Shown: positions 41,631 through 50,777, counted from the stretch's first letter. The stretch: 64,000 nt of DNA from an uncultured Spirochaetota bacterium (GCA_963734495.1 CAVTHK010000011.1:352001-416000); one strand, 5' to 3'. The notes: generated by a model not told the origin, from the letters alone. Numbers and translations: made by a program.

Positions 41631-43046
41631 TCAATTCACCCCTTCGATCGCGAAATACCGCACCGCGTTGGTGTAGCAGATGTCGCGCACGATGCCGCCG
41701 ATGTGCTCGAGGTCGCGCGGCAGCTCGCCTTCGTCTATCCATCTCCCGATCGTGTTGCACATGACCCTGCGGAAGTACTCGTGGCGGATAAAGGAGAAGA
41801 CGCTGCGCGAGTCGGTGAGCATGCCGATAAAGACCGCGAGCATGCCCATGTTGGCGATCGAGACCAGGTGACGCTCGATCCCGTCTTTCTGGTCGTTGAA
41901 CCACCAGGCGGCCCCGAACTGGACCTTGCCCCGGGTCTTGCCGTCGTTGAAGTTGCCGGCCATCGCCGCGACCACGTCGTTCTGGTTCTGGTTCAGGGTG
42001 AACAGCACGGTCCTGGGCAGCTCGTCGGTCCGGTCCAGCAGGTCGAGGAACCGCGCGAGCGGCGCCGCGATGGCGGTATCCCCCATGGAGTTGTAGCCGG
42101 AGTCGGGCCCGTGGGCCGCGAGCTGGCGCGTGTTGTTGTTCCGCTGGGCGCACAGGTGCAGCTGCATGACCCAGCCCCGCTTGCGGTTCATGCGGCCCAC
42201 TTCGTACAGCCCGGCGGTCCTGATCTGCAGCGCCTCCCTGTCCGTCACGGCTTCGCCCTGAAGGAGTCTCTTGAAGCTCCTCTCGAGCTCGTCCCTGGTT
42301 GCCTCCTCGGCAAAGGGAAACGCGAGCGCATGATCGGTGGCTCGCGCCCCCATGCCGTGGAAGAACTCGTGCCGTTTGTCCAGCGCCCGGACAAAGGCCT
42401 CGAACGAGTCGATCGTGACGCCGGCGGCGGTCCCCAGCTTTTCCCTGTAGGCGTTCCAGCCCTTCGGGTCTTCCACGTCGAGCGCCTTGTCGGGCCGGAA
42501 GGTCGGGACCACCACAAAGGCGTCCCGGCGCTTGCGGATGAGGGCGTGCTGCTGCAGCGTGTCGATGGGGTCGTCCGTGGTGCACATCACGCGGACGTTC
42601 ATCCTGCGGATGATGCTGCAGACCGAAAAGTCGTCTCGCTTCAGGAGCTCGCCCGTGATTTTCCAGATGTCTGCGGCAGTGTCCGGCCCGAACAGCCTGT
42701 CGTCGATGCCAAAGGGGTTCCTGAGCTCCATGTGTGTCCACGGGTACATGACGTTGCCGACGGTGTAGGGGACGGTCTTCGCCCACGCCTCGAACTTTTC
42801 ATAGTCCGTCGAGTCCCCCGTGATGCACCTTTCGTCGATGCCGAACGCGCGCATCAGGCGCCACTTGTAGTGGTCGCCGTCGAACCAGATCTGGGCCAGG
42901 TTCTCGAACTTGCTGTCCTCGGCGATCTGCTTCGGGACGAGGTGGTTGTGGTAGTCGAAGATCGGCATCTTTTCCGCGTACTCGTGAAACAGGATCTTTG
43001 CCGGCCCGTTGCGCAGCAGAAAGTCGTCGTTCAGGTAGCTCTTCAT
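41631..43046 (-). CDS. uxaC: Uronate (glucuronate) isomerase
   Basis: PIFDYHNHL, GDHYKWRLMR, CTTDDP, PTFRPD, GAAWWFNDQKDG, GMLTDSRS, RHEYFRR. Confidence 0.96.
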   Translation of the reverse strand: MKSYLNDDFLLRNGPAKILFHEYAEKMPIFDYHNHLVPKQIAEDSKFENLAQIWFDGDHYKWRLMRAFGIDERCITGDSTDYEKFEAWAKTVPYTVGNVMYPWTHMELRNPFGIDDRLFGPDTAADIWKITGELLKRDDFSVCSIIRRMNVRVMCTTDDPIDTLQQHALIRKRRDAFVVVPTFRPDKALDVEDPKGWNAYREKLGTAAGVTIDSFEAFVRALDKRHEFFHGMGARATDHALAFPFAEEATRDELERSFKRLLQGEAVTDREALQIRTAGLYEVGRMNRKRGWVMQLHLCAQRNNNTRQLAAHGPDSGYNSMGDTAIAAPLARFLDLLDRTDELPRTVLFTLNQNQNDVVAAMAGNFNDGKTRGKVQFGAAWWFNDQKDGIERHLVSIANMGMLAVFIGMLTDSRSVFSFIRHEYFRRVMCNTIGRWIDEGELPRDLEHIGGIVRDICYTNAVRYFAIEGVN

Positions 43047-43096
43047 TGTCGATCCTCCGGATGTTTCATGATTCGTGCGAGCCGCCGCGCTCCGGC

Positions 43097-44368
43097 TCAG
43101 AACAGGTTGCCCTCGCGGTCAAAGGCCGGCTCGCGCGGCTCGCCCATGACCTTCATGCCCGGATGCGCCCGGACCGCGTCGAGCAGGTTCTCCGACACTT
43201 CCAGCTCCTCCATGCAGAGCGTGTTGCGGATGCGGATCACCCGCGCCCGGCGGTAATCCATCAGGTTGCAGGTCCGGATGCAGGCCTGCAGCGCCTGCCT
43301 GTCGTTCTTCAGGATCATGGGAATCTTGACGCCGGCTGTGAGGGTCGAGGTCAGCGTGTTCGGGTAGGTCTGCTCGGGGTCGAACTTTTCGAAGGCCCTG
43401 CGGGTGGTAAAGTCCACCATGCCGAGCCCGCCGCCGTACCCCTTGGACTTCTTCGTGATGTCCAGGATCGCGACGCGGCGGATGCGCGGCCCGCCGCTCA
43501 TGTAGGGTGAGCTGTAGCGGCCCACGATGGTGGTGTCGAAGCCGGCCCCGCTGATCTCCTTTCCGATCTCGTCGATGACCAGGGCCTCGAACTCGTCGAT
43601 GTGAAAGCGGGCCGCCAGGCGCTTGGCCTCGGCCAGGAGGGCCGGCTCCTGGGCCTGGATTTCCTCGGCTCGCAGCACCGCCACACGGGCTGTCTCGTGG
43701 AATGCGTTCTCCACGAGGCCAACGGCCGCCAGCAGCCGGATGTGCTTGAGCGCCTCCAGGCCGATGTCAGCGATGAAGTCGCCGATGCGGTCGGCGCCCA
43801 CGTTGTGGCAGATCTCCGCCTGCCTCTGCTTGCCCAGCCCGATGGTCACCATCTTGAGCAGGCCGCTCTCGTAGGTGCCGGTGTAGGCCGCGTGGGCCTT
43901 GACCCGGTTGATGACGAGGATGCCGTCGGCCTCCAGGGCGCGGGCGTCCACGAAAACCGGCATGCCGAAACGCGGCGACGCGGCCACCTGCACGACCTCC
44001 ATGCTCGAGCGGATCGGGGCGCCGGTGAATCGTTCCGTGATCCCCAGGTGCTCGAGCAGGGCCTTCTGCCCCTCGGCGGTGGCCCCTCCGTGGCTGCCCA
44101 TGGCCGGGACGATGAACGGCCTGGCCCCCGCGGCCGACAGCTCGCGCACGACGATCCGGGTCACCTCGGGGAGATGGGCGATCCCGCGGCTTCCCACGGC
44201 CAGAGCGACGGAGGCCCCTCGACGGACATCCTCGAGGACGTGCTTTGCCGCCAGGCCGCGCAGGAGCTCGGCCTCGACGTCCGCAACCCGCGGCCGCTCG
44301 AAGCTCTGGACAACCTTTGCCATGCGCGGGACCGGGACGTCTCTCAGGAGATCGTCGATTCCACTCAA
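43097..44368 (-). CDS. LarA/DUF2088-superfamily (lactate-racemase-domain) protein
   Basis: VALAVGSRGI, PAMGSHGGATAEGQ, NRVKAH, ESGLLKMVTIGLGKQ, IGKEISGAGFD. Confidence 0.75.
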   Translation of the reverse strand: MSGIDDLLRDVPVPRMAKVVQSFERPRVADVEAELLRGLAAKHVLEDVRRGASVALAVGSRGIAHLPEVTRIVVRELSAAGARPFIVPAMGSHGGATAEGQKALLEHLGITERFTGAPIRSSMEVVQVAASPRFGMPVFVDARALEADGILVINRVKAHAAYTGTYESGLLKMVTIGLGKQRQAEICHNVGADRIGDFIADIGLEALKHIRLLAAVGLVENAFHETARVAVLRAEEIQAQEPALLAEAKRLAARFHIDEFEALVIDEIGKEISGAGFDTTIVGRYSSPYMSGGPRIRRVAILDITKKSKGYGGGLGMVDFTTRRAFEKFDPEQTYPNTLTSTLTAGVKIPMILKNDRQALQACIRTCNLMDYRRARVIRIRNTLCMEELEVSENLLDAVRAHPGMKVMGEPREPAFDREGNLF

Positions 44369-44413
44369 AACGCCCGCCTCCCTCTCTGCCGGGATGAGCC
44401 GGCATGTCGGGTG

Positions 44414-44441
44414 AGTGTAGACCCGGGGATCGCGTTGTCAA
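44414..44441 (-). promoter_or_regulatory. Putative promoter for larA-like/uxaC operon
   Basis: Minus strand TTGACA-16 nt-TACACT. Confidence 0.55.
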
Positions 44442-44446
44442 GGATT

Positions 44447-44467
44447 TGCCTGCGGTGTGCCTGCGGT
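44447..44467. repeat. Tandem direct repeat TGCCTGCGGT x2 (11-nt period), possible operator
   Basis: TGCCTGCGGT-G-TGCCTGCGGT between divergent promoters. Confidence 0.45.
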
Positions 44468-44566
44468 ACCCACGGCGCCTGTGTTGCCGTCTGCGGACCG
44501 GTCTGGGCCCCGAAAAGGACGCCTCACGGCGGTCCCCGGAGGCAGTCCCAGGGAGTCCGGGCGTGT

Positions 44567-44595
44567 TTGACGCCGCGAAGGAACGGGTCCACACT
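44567..44595 (+). promoter_or_regulatory. Putative promoter for tctCBA
   Basis: TTGACG-17 nt-CACACT. Confidence 0.4.
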
Positions 44596-44625
44596 GGCAG
44601 TCACCAAATCATATCGGAGGTCGTC

Positions 44626-45603
44626 ATGAAGAAGGTGCTCGTCCTGCTGATCCTCGTGGCATGCACGCTGGCCGTTGCCGAGGGAACGAAGGAGACCGAT
44701 GTCTCGAAGTTCCCGCAGCGCCCGGTCACCGCTCACGTGCCGTGGGGGGCCGGCGGAGGCTCTGACCTGGTCTTCCGCACCGTCGGCGAAGTGTTCCCGA
44801 AGTTCGCGAACGGCCAGCCCCAGCTGATCAAGAACGTTCCCGGCTCCGCGGGGGCGGTCGGCATCGCCGAGTACCTTAACCTGGCCAAGCCCGACGGCTA
44901 CGACGTGCTGACCTGGGCCGGCGCCCAGACCATCAAGACCCACGTGTCGAAAGTGAACTACTCGGTGGCGGACTTCAAGCCCGTCATCCGGCTGATCTCC
45001 AACTACACCTACATCCTGGTCCAGGCGAGCTCGCCCTTCAAGACCCTCAAGGATCTCGTCGACTACGGCAAGGCCAACCCGGGCAAGCTGATCTGGGGTC
45101 ACGCCGGGACAGGCGGCGGCGCGCATCTTTCATCGATTCTGTTCTGCAAGAAGGCGGGCATCGAGGTCACCTACATTCCCTTCACCGGCGGCGGCCCCGC
45201 GGCAACCGGGCTTCTCTCGGGCCAGACCATGGTCAGCATGAACATCCCGCCCGAAGGGCTGACCAACATCGAAGGGGGACAACTGAGGGCGCTCTGCATC
45301 ATGTCTCCGGAGCGGCAGCCGCAGCTTCCCAACGTGCCGACTGCCAAGGAAGCGGGCGTCGACATCGTCTATTTCCAGTCCCGCGGGCTCGTCACGCACA
45401 AGGACACCCCGGACGCCGTCGTCAAGCGGCTGCATGACATCTACAAGGCCTGCCTCGACGACCCCGGCGTCCAGAAGAAGTACTACGACATGGTCACCGC
45501 CGTCACCTACGGGGGCATCGAGGAGTACGGCAAAGAGCTCGTCGAAGAGGACAAAGTGATGGAGCAGATCATCCGGGAGAACAAGATCGGCGACAAGTAC
45601 TGA
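44626..45603 (+). CDS. tctC: Tripartite tricarboxylate transporter binding protein (Bug/TctC)
   Basis: FPQRPV...VPWGAGGGSD, PDGY, IPFTGGG, LPNVPTAKEAG. Confidence 0.9.
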   Translation: MKKVLVLLILVACTLAVAEGTKETDVSKFPQRPVTAHVPWGAGGGSDLVFRTVGEVFPKFANGQPQLIKNVPGSAGAVGIAEYLNLAKPDGYDVLTWAGAQTIKTHVSKVNYSVADFKPVIRLISNYTYILVQASSPFKTLKDLVDYGKANPGKLIWGHAGTGGGAHLSSILFCKKAGIEVTYIPFTGGGPAATGLLSGQTMVSMNIPPEGLTNIEGGQLRALCIMSPERQPQLPNVPTAKEAGVDIVYFQSRGLVTHKDTPDAVVKRLHDIYKACLDDPGVQKKYYDMVTAVTYGGIEEYGKELVEEDKVMEQIIRENKIGDKY

Positions 45604-45672
45604 TCCCGAGTCGCTTTGCACTGGCGCGCTATGGGGGGCGGTCCGCCCCCCATTTTCACAAAGGGGAGAGTG

Positions 45673-46134
45673 ATGTCCGCAAGAGTTGACTTCTTCGTCG
45701 GGCTGTTCCTGATCGTCCTGATGGTTGCCGCTCATCTCGTCGCCGCGCCGTTGCCGCGGGTCCCCCGGGGGCTCGGACCGGGGGACTATCCCAGGGTCGT
45801 GATCAGTGTGCTCCTGATCCTGGGCGCTCTCCTCGCCGCGTCCGGCTTCTACCACCTCCTCAAAAAGCAGGCGCAGCCCGATGCCAGGAAATTCATCGGG
45901 GGCGAGGTGAAGCAGGTCTTCGTGCTCGTGGCGTGCATAGTCCTGTATCTCGTACTGGTCCGCACCTTCGGGTACCTCTTGCTCACGCCCTTTTTCATGG
46001 TCGCGATGATGTACCTGTTCGGCCTGAGGAAGTGGATCAAGATGCTCACCATCGGCGTGATCACCTCGGTCGTCACCTACGTCATCTTCAACAACTTCCT
46101 CTACGTGCTGCTGCCCCGATTCAACCTGTTATAA
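45673..46134 (+). CDS. tctB: TTT small membrane subunit TctB
   Basis: LGPGDYP, four hydrophobic segments, FNNFLYVLLP end. Confidence 0.85.
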   Translation: MSARVDFFVGLFLIVLMVAAHLVAAPLPRVPRGLGPGDYPRVVISVLLILGALLAASGFYHLLKKQAQPDARKFIGGEVKQVFVLVACIVLYLVLVRTFGYLLLTPFFMVAMMYLFGLRKWIKMLTIGVITSVVTYVIFNNFLYVLLPRFNLL

Positions 46135-46152
46135 GCAAGGAGCCGGGCAAAC

Positions 46153-47667
46153 ATGGGAATGTTGCTTTACGGACTGATACACACGTTCGAGCCGCTGACG
46201 ATCCTGGTGATGATGGTCGGCCTGGTCGGCGGCATCATCCTCGGCGCCATCCCGGGCATGACCGGCTCGATGGGCATCATCCTGCTCCTGCCTCTGATCT
46301 ACAAGCTGGATTACGCGCCGGCCCTCATCACCCTGGCGGCCATGTTCTGCGGAGCCATGTACGGCGGATCGATCTCTGCCATCCTGATACGCACTCCGGG
46401 ACACCCTTCGGCCGCCGCCACCGTGCTGGACGGCTACCCGATGGCGCAGAAGGGGCAGGCCGGAAAAGCGTTGGGCATCGCGGTCGTGGCTTCGGTGGCC
46501 GGCGGCGTCTTCAGCGGCCTGTGCCTGCTCCTGATAGCGCCGCAGCTCGCCAAGGTGGCCCTGAGCTTCAAGGCCGCTGACTATTTTTCGCTCTCGGTAT
46601 TTGGCCTGAGCATCATTGCCAGCGCCTCGGGAAAGCAGGTGCTCAAGGGACTGATCTCGGGCTGTTTCGGGCTCCTGCTCTCCACCATCGGCGTGGACGC
46701 GATCTGGGGCGTGAACCGCTTCTCCTTCAACCTGACCTACCTGACTTCAGGCTTCCAGCTCCTGCCGGCTCTGATCGGCCTGTTCGCCTTCTCCCAGATC
46801 TTTGCCGATCTCGTCAAGGCAGGGCAGGGCGATGAAGTCAGGACGCAGGAGATCAGGAACGTCATCCCGACCTGGGAGGACTGGAAGCGGATCGCCATGC
46901 CGATCACGGTCGGCTCGGTCCTGGGCACGATCATAGGCATCATCCCCGGTGTGGGTGGCGCTGTCGCCTGCTGGATGGGTTACGACCTGGTCAAGAAGCT
47001 CTCGAAAAACAAGGCGGAGTGGGGCACCGGCATCGTCGAAGGGATCGCGGCGCCCGAGTCGGCCAACAACGGCACGACCGGCGGGGCGATGATCCCGATG
47101 CTGACTCTCGGCATCCCCGGCGACTCGGTCACCGCCGTGATGCTCGGCGCCCTGATGCTGGTGGGGCTGCGGCCCGGACCCGCCCTCTTCATGAACCATC
47201 CCGAGGCCGTCTACACGCTCCTCGTCGCGTTCATCATCATGCAGTTCTTCATCCTGGTCCTCGGGCTTGCAGGGACCAAGTTCTGGCCGCTGGTCCTGCG
47301 CGTCCCGCGCAACATCCTGGCGCCCATTATCGTGCTCTGCTGCTTTCTGGGCGCCTACACCCTGGCGAACAACGTGAACGACGCCATGACGGCCCTCGGC
47401 TTCGGGGTGCTCGGCTACTTCATGAGCAAGTACGGATTCCCCGCCCCGCCGATGATCCTCGGGCTCATCCTCGGGCCGATGGCCGAGGACAACCTCAACC
47501 GCGCCCTGATGATCTCCAACAACGACTGGTCGGTGCTGCTCAGGAGCCCGATCTCGCTGATCTTCATCATACTGTCCATAGTTTCTCTGGCCGTGCCCAT
47601 CCTCGCTAACCTGCGGTCGCAGATCAGGGATGCGAACAAGGTGGGAACTGCCGCGATCGTGCCGTAG
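46153..47667 (+). CDS. tctA: TTT large membrane subunit TctA
   Basis: GAIPGM, YGGSISAIL..TPG, TVLDGYPMA, APESANN, LGIPGD. Confidence 0.95.
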   Translation: MGMLLYGLIHTFEPLTILVMMVGLVGGIILGAIPGMTGSMGIILLLPLIYKLDYAPALITLAAMFCGAMYGGSISAILIRTPGHPSAAATVLDGYPMAQKGQAGKALGIAVVASVAGGVFSGLCLLLIAPQLAKVALSFKAADYFSLSVFGLSIIASASGKQVLKGLISGCFGLLLSTIGVDAIWGVNRFSFNLTYLTSGFQLLPALIGLFAFSQIFADLVKAGQGDEVRTQEIRNVIPTWEDWKRIAMPITVGSVLGTIIGIIPGVGGAVACWMGYDLVKKLSKNKAEWGTGIVEGIAAPESANNGTTGGAMIPMLTLGIPGDSVTAVMLGALMLVGLRPGPALFMNHPEAVYTLLVAFIIMQFFILVLGLAGTKFWPLVLRVPRNILAPIIVLCCFLGAYTLANNVNDAMTALGFGVLGYFMSKYGFPAPPMILGLILGPMAEDNLNRALMISNNDWSVLLRSPISLIFIILSIVSLAVPILANLRSQIRDANKVGTAAIVP

Positions 47668-47742
47668 GAACCGCAGGCGGGCCGAGTCGCGGGTGCGCGA
47701 GCGGCAGGCCGCGCGCACCCGCGCCCTGTCTCGAGCCGGCTG

Positions 47743-48918
47743 TCAGCCCCTGGAAACGCCGCGATTGAGATCCGGGTTCCCAAAGGAGATCCTGTTGACG
47801 GCGAACCCCGCGACGCTCCTGGTCTTCCTGAAGTAACGCGGTGCCCTGCGCGCGATCCCCTGGGGCGCGTAGAACTCGTCGCCGGGATCGAGCGGAAGGG
47901 CCACTCGCGAGTCGACGATGGCGGACTTGTAGATCGCCGTGATGACCTCCAGGGTGGCGCGCCCGTCCTTTGCCGTGATGAGCAGCGGTGTTCCTTCTTC
48001 GATCGCGCGGAGCACGTTGTCGATCTGCCCCGTGTGGCCGGTGTGCACGGGAGCCGCCAGGCTCGAGTACACGGCGGTGATCTCCGCTTCGAGCTCGGGA
48101 TCGTGCTCGGGGAAGCCGTTCTCGAGCGACCTGCTGCATCTGACGGCGAAGGGCACCGAGATCCCGGCGCGCTCGGTCTGAAAGAAGAGCCCCTGCTTCT
48201 CCCCGTGATGCACCAGCGAGCTGGTGATCTGCCCCAGCTTGCCGTCGGCGTACCGCAGAATCGCGGTGGAGAGGTCCTCCACCTCCGAGTTCTCGTGGTA
48301 TCGATTGGCCATGAACGCGCTCGCCTCGCACGGCATCCCGGCCATCCACAGCATCAGGTCGACAAAGTGCACCGCGTGGTTCAGGGTGCAGCCGCCGCCT
48401 TCGCTTTCCCACAACCCGCGCCAGTCCAGGTCGTAGTAGCTCTTGCCCCGCCAGAAGAAGGCGTTGGTCTGAACGTGGAGCAGCCGGCCCGTCCTGTTCA
48501 TGTCCAGCAACTTCTTGACCCTGTGGGGCGCCTCCATGAACCTCATCTGCGCCACGGGAGAGAGGACCCTGCCGTTCTCATCCGCGGCCGCGATCATCTG
48601 GTCGCATTCTCTCAGCGACGGGGCCATCGGTTTCTCCACGACGACGTCGGCCCCGGCCGCCAGGCACGCCATGCTGATCGGCGCGTGAGTCGCGGGAGGT
48701 GTGCAGACGGAGGCGATGTCGACCTTTGCCCGTTCGAGAGCTTCCCTGTAGTCCGCATACGCTGCGGCCTCCAGACCGTGCTGCTCGATCTTCCCGCGGG
48801 CGCGCGCCACGTCGGTGTCGGCAATCGCGACGATGCGCACCCTGTCCCCGAACGTCTTGTACGCCTCGATGTGGCTGTCGGATATGGCTCCGGCTCCGAC
48901 GATCAGCGCATTACGCAT
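47743..48918 (-). CDS. Gfo/Idh/MocA-family NAD(P)-dependent oxidoreductase
   Basis: IVGAGAI, CTPPATH, VEKPMA, WRGLWESEGGG, NHAVHFVD. Confidence 0.92.
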   Translation of the reverse strand: MRNALIVGAGAISDSHIEAYKTFGDRVRIVAIADTDVARARGKIEQHGLEAAAYADYREALERAKVDIASVCTPPATHAPISMACLAAGADVVVEKPMAPSLRECDQMIAAADENGRVLSPVAQMRFMEAPHRVKKLLDMNRTGRLLHVQTNAFFWRGKSYYDLDWRGLWESEGGGCTLNHAVHFVDLMLWMAGMPCEASAFMANRYHENSEVEDLSTAILRYADGKLGQITSSLVHHGEKQGLFFQTERAGISVPFAVRCSRSLENGFPEHDPELEAEITAVYSSLAAPVHTGHTGQIDNVLRAIEEGTPLLITAKDGRATLEVITAIYKSAIVDSRVALPLDPGDEFYAPQGIARRAPRYFRKTRSVAGFAVNRISFGNPDLNRGVSRG

Positions 48919-48939
48919 GGCAAGCTCCTCGTGAGCGCG

Positions 48940-48968
48940 AGCATAGAGCGGCCCGCCGCGGCGGTAAA
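48940..48968 (-). promoter_or_regulatory. Putative promoter for the oxidoreductase gene
   Basis: Minus strand TTTACC-17 nt-TATGCT. Confidence 0.4.
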
Positions 48969-48993
48969 GCGCGTGGTCGGTGAGGCCTCGGCC

Positions 48994-50490
48994 TCAGGTC
49001 GCGCCGGTAGCGAGGCGGCTTCCGCCCGCGGCGAGCTCCGCGCGCCATAGCTCGCAGCCCGCGCCCTCGAGGAAGCGCAGGTCGTGGCTTACGAGCAGCA
49101 GGGCGCAGGGAGCCTCGGCGAGCGCGGCCTCCAGCAGCTCCGTCGACGGCAGGTCGAGGTGATTGGTCGGCTCGTCCATCACGATGAGCCACGGCTCGCG
49201 CACGACTCCGAGCGCGAGCATCAGCTTGCGCGTCTCGCCGGGCGTCGGCGTGCGGGTCGCGAGAAGCCGCTCGGGGTCCGAGCCGAGGTCGTTCACCACC
49301 GTCATCAGGTGCCCGAGGCGATCGCGCGGGAGAGCCCGCGCCTCGGCGAGGACGCGCACGCCCTGCTCCTCGGGAATTTCTTGCGGAAGGTAGACAAGCC
49401 GCCCCTCGTCCCGCCTCCACGCCGCCACCAGTGCCCTGGTCAGGGTGCTCTTGCCGCAGCCGTTGGGGCCGACGAACGCCCGGCGGTCCGAGGGGCCGAG
49501 GCGGATCTCGGGGTGCTCGAGCGCGCGCAAAGGGCCGAGCGCCAGCCGGCCCGCGGGAAGCATCAGGAGCTCGCGGCCGGGAAAGCGTGAGCCGGGCAGC
49601 CAGAATGCGAGCTTGCGCTCCCGCGCGGCGTAGAGCCTGTCGCGCCGCTGCTCGGTGTCGTTGACGCGGCCCCGCATCTGGCGGAGGAGCCGGCCCGCCT
49701 GGCCGTCCTTGCCGGTGGCCCGCGCCGCGTCGATGGTCGCGCGGCTGTCGCTGTCCCGCCAGCGAAGCCCGCGCTTGGAGCGGCGCTTGTCCGCGCGGGA
49801 GGCTTCGGCGCGCCGGCGGGCCGCCTCGGCGAGCAGCCGGTCCGCCTCCGCGCGCGCCTGCTCGTAGCGCGCGCGGCGGGCGCTGCGCTCGGCTGCGGCC
49901 GCTGCCGAGGCCTGCGTGTACCCGCCGCTGCGCAGCGTGGCCGCGGGCGGCTCCACGAACAGGCAGCGGCCGCAGAGCCGGTCCAGCAGCTCGCGGTCGT
50001 GGCTGACCAGCAGGCCGACGCCGTCGTAGGCCGCGAGCGCCGCAGCGAGCAGCTCGCGTGCCGGAGCGTCGAGGTGGTTGGTCGGCTCGTCGACGGCGAG
50101 CAGAGCCGGCCGCTGCCAGAGCGCCACCGCGATCTGCGCCCGCTTCCGCTCACCGTGGCTCAGGCTCGGCCAGCGCGCGAGCCAGTCGGGATCGACGGCG
50201 AGCCGGCCCTGCCAGCGCCGCGCTTCGCCGTCGTCGGAGGCGAGAAAAGCGGCGAGCTCGGCCGGCGGATGGTCGGTGCGCTGCGCGCAGTAGAGGGCGG
50301 GGCCCGGGACCGCGACCGTGCCGGCGGTCGGGGCGAGCCGCCCCGCGGCGAGCAGCAGCAACGTCGTCTTGCCGCAGCCGTTGGGGCCGACGATGCCCGT
50401 CCAGCCGTCGGCGAAGTCGACCGACAGGCCGTCGAACAGCGGCTCGGGCGCGCCCTCGTATCGGAAAGTGACGCGGGCCATCCTCAGCAT
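48994..50490 (-). CDS. ABC-F family ATPase (two NBDs, no membrane domain)
   Basis: Two GPNGCGK Walker A, two DEPTNHLD, two VSHD; Arg-rich inter-NBD linker; GAGGAGG RBS. Confidence 0.88.
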   Translation of the reverse strand: MLRMARVTFRYEGAPEPLFDGLSVDFADGWTGIVGPNGCGKTTLLLLAAGRLAPTAGTVAVPGPALYCAQRTDHPPAELAAFLASDDGEARRWQGRLAVDPDWLARWPSLSHGERKRAQIAVALWQRPALLAVDEPTNHLDAPARELLAAALAAYDGVGLLVSHDRELLDRLCGRCLFVEPPAATLRSGGYTQASAAAAAERSARRARYEQARAEADRLLAEAARRRAEASRADKRRSKRGLRWRDSDSRATIDAARATGKDGQAGRLLRQMRGRVNDTEQRRDRLYAARERKLAFWLPGSRFPGRELLMLPAGRLALGPLRALEHPEIRLGPSDRRAFVGPNGCGKSTLTRALVAAWRRDEGRLVYLPQEIPEEQGVRVLAEARALPRDRLGHLMTVVNDLGSDPERLLATRTPTPGETRKLMLALGVVREPWLIVMDEPTNHLDLPSTELLEAALAEAPCALLLVSHDLRFLEGAGCELWRAELAAGGSRLATGAT

Positions 50491-50572
50491 TCGCGCTCTC
50501 CTCCTCGACGCGCGGCGTGCGGCGGAACAAGGGCCGCACGGGTGGCCTCCCGGGTACAGAATGCAGGCACAC

Positions 50573-50598
50573 AAAAAAGCCACGGTTTCCCGTGGCTT
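50573..50598 (-). terminator. Intrinsic terminator within the ABC-F 5' leader (attenuator)
   Basis: Minus strand AAGCCACGG-GAAA-CCGTGGC-TTTTTT. Confidence 0.8.
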
Positions 50599-50749
50599 GC
50601 CCGGTCGCGCAACACCAGCGACTTGTGGCGGCGGAGCAGAGGCTTCCCCGCGAAGCGGCCCGGCGCATCGATACGACGCGTCCGCCGCACGCGTGGTCCA
50701 AGCTCTTCTGCCCTACCTGCTCTCCACCGTCCCCCTGTCTCCCGCCGCT

Positions 50750-50777
50750 AATCTACACCAGGATCGGGCTGAGTCAA
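50750..50777 (-). promoter_or_regulatory. Putative promoter of the ABC-F leader
   Basis: Minus strand TTGACT-16 nt-TAGATT. Confidence 0.55.
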
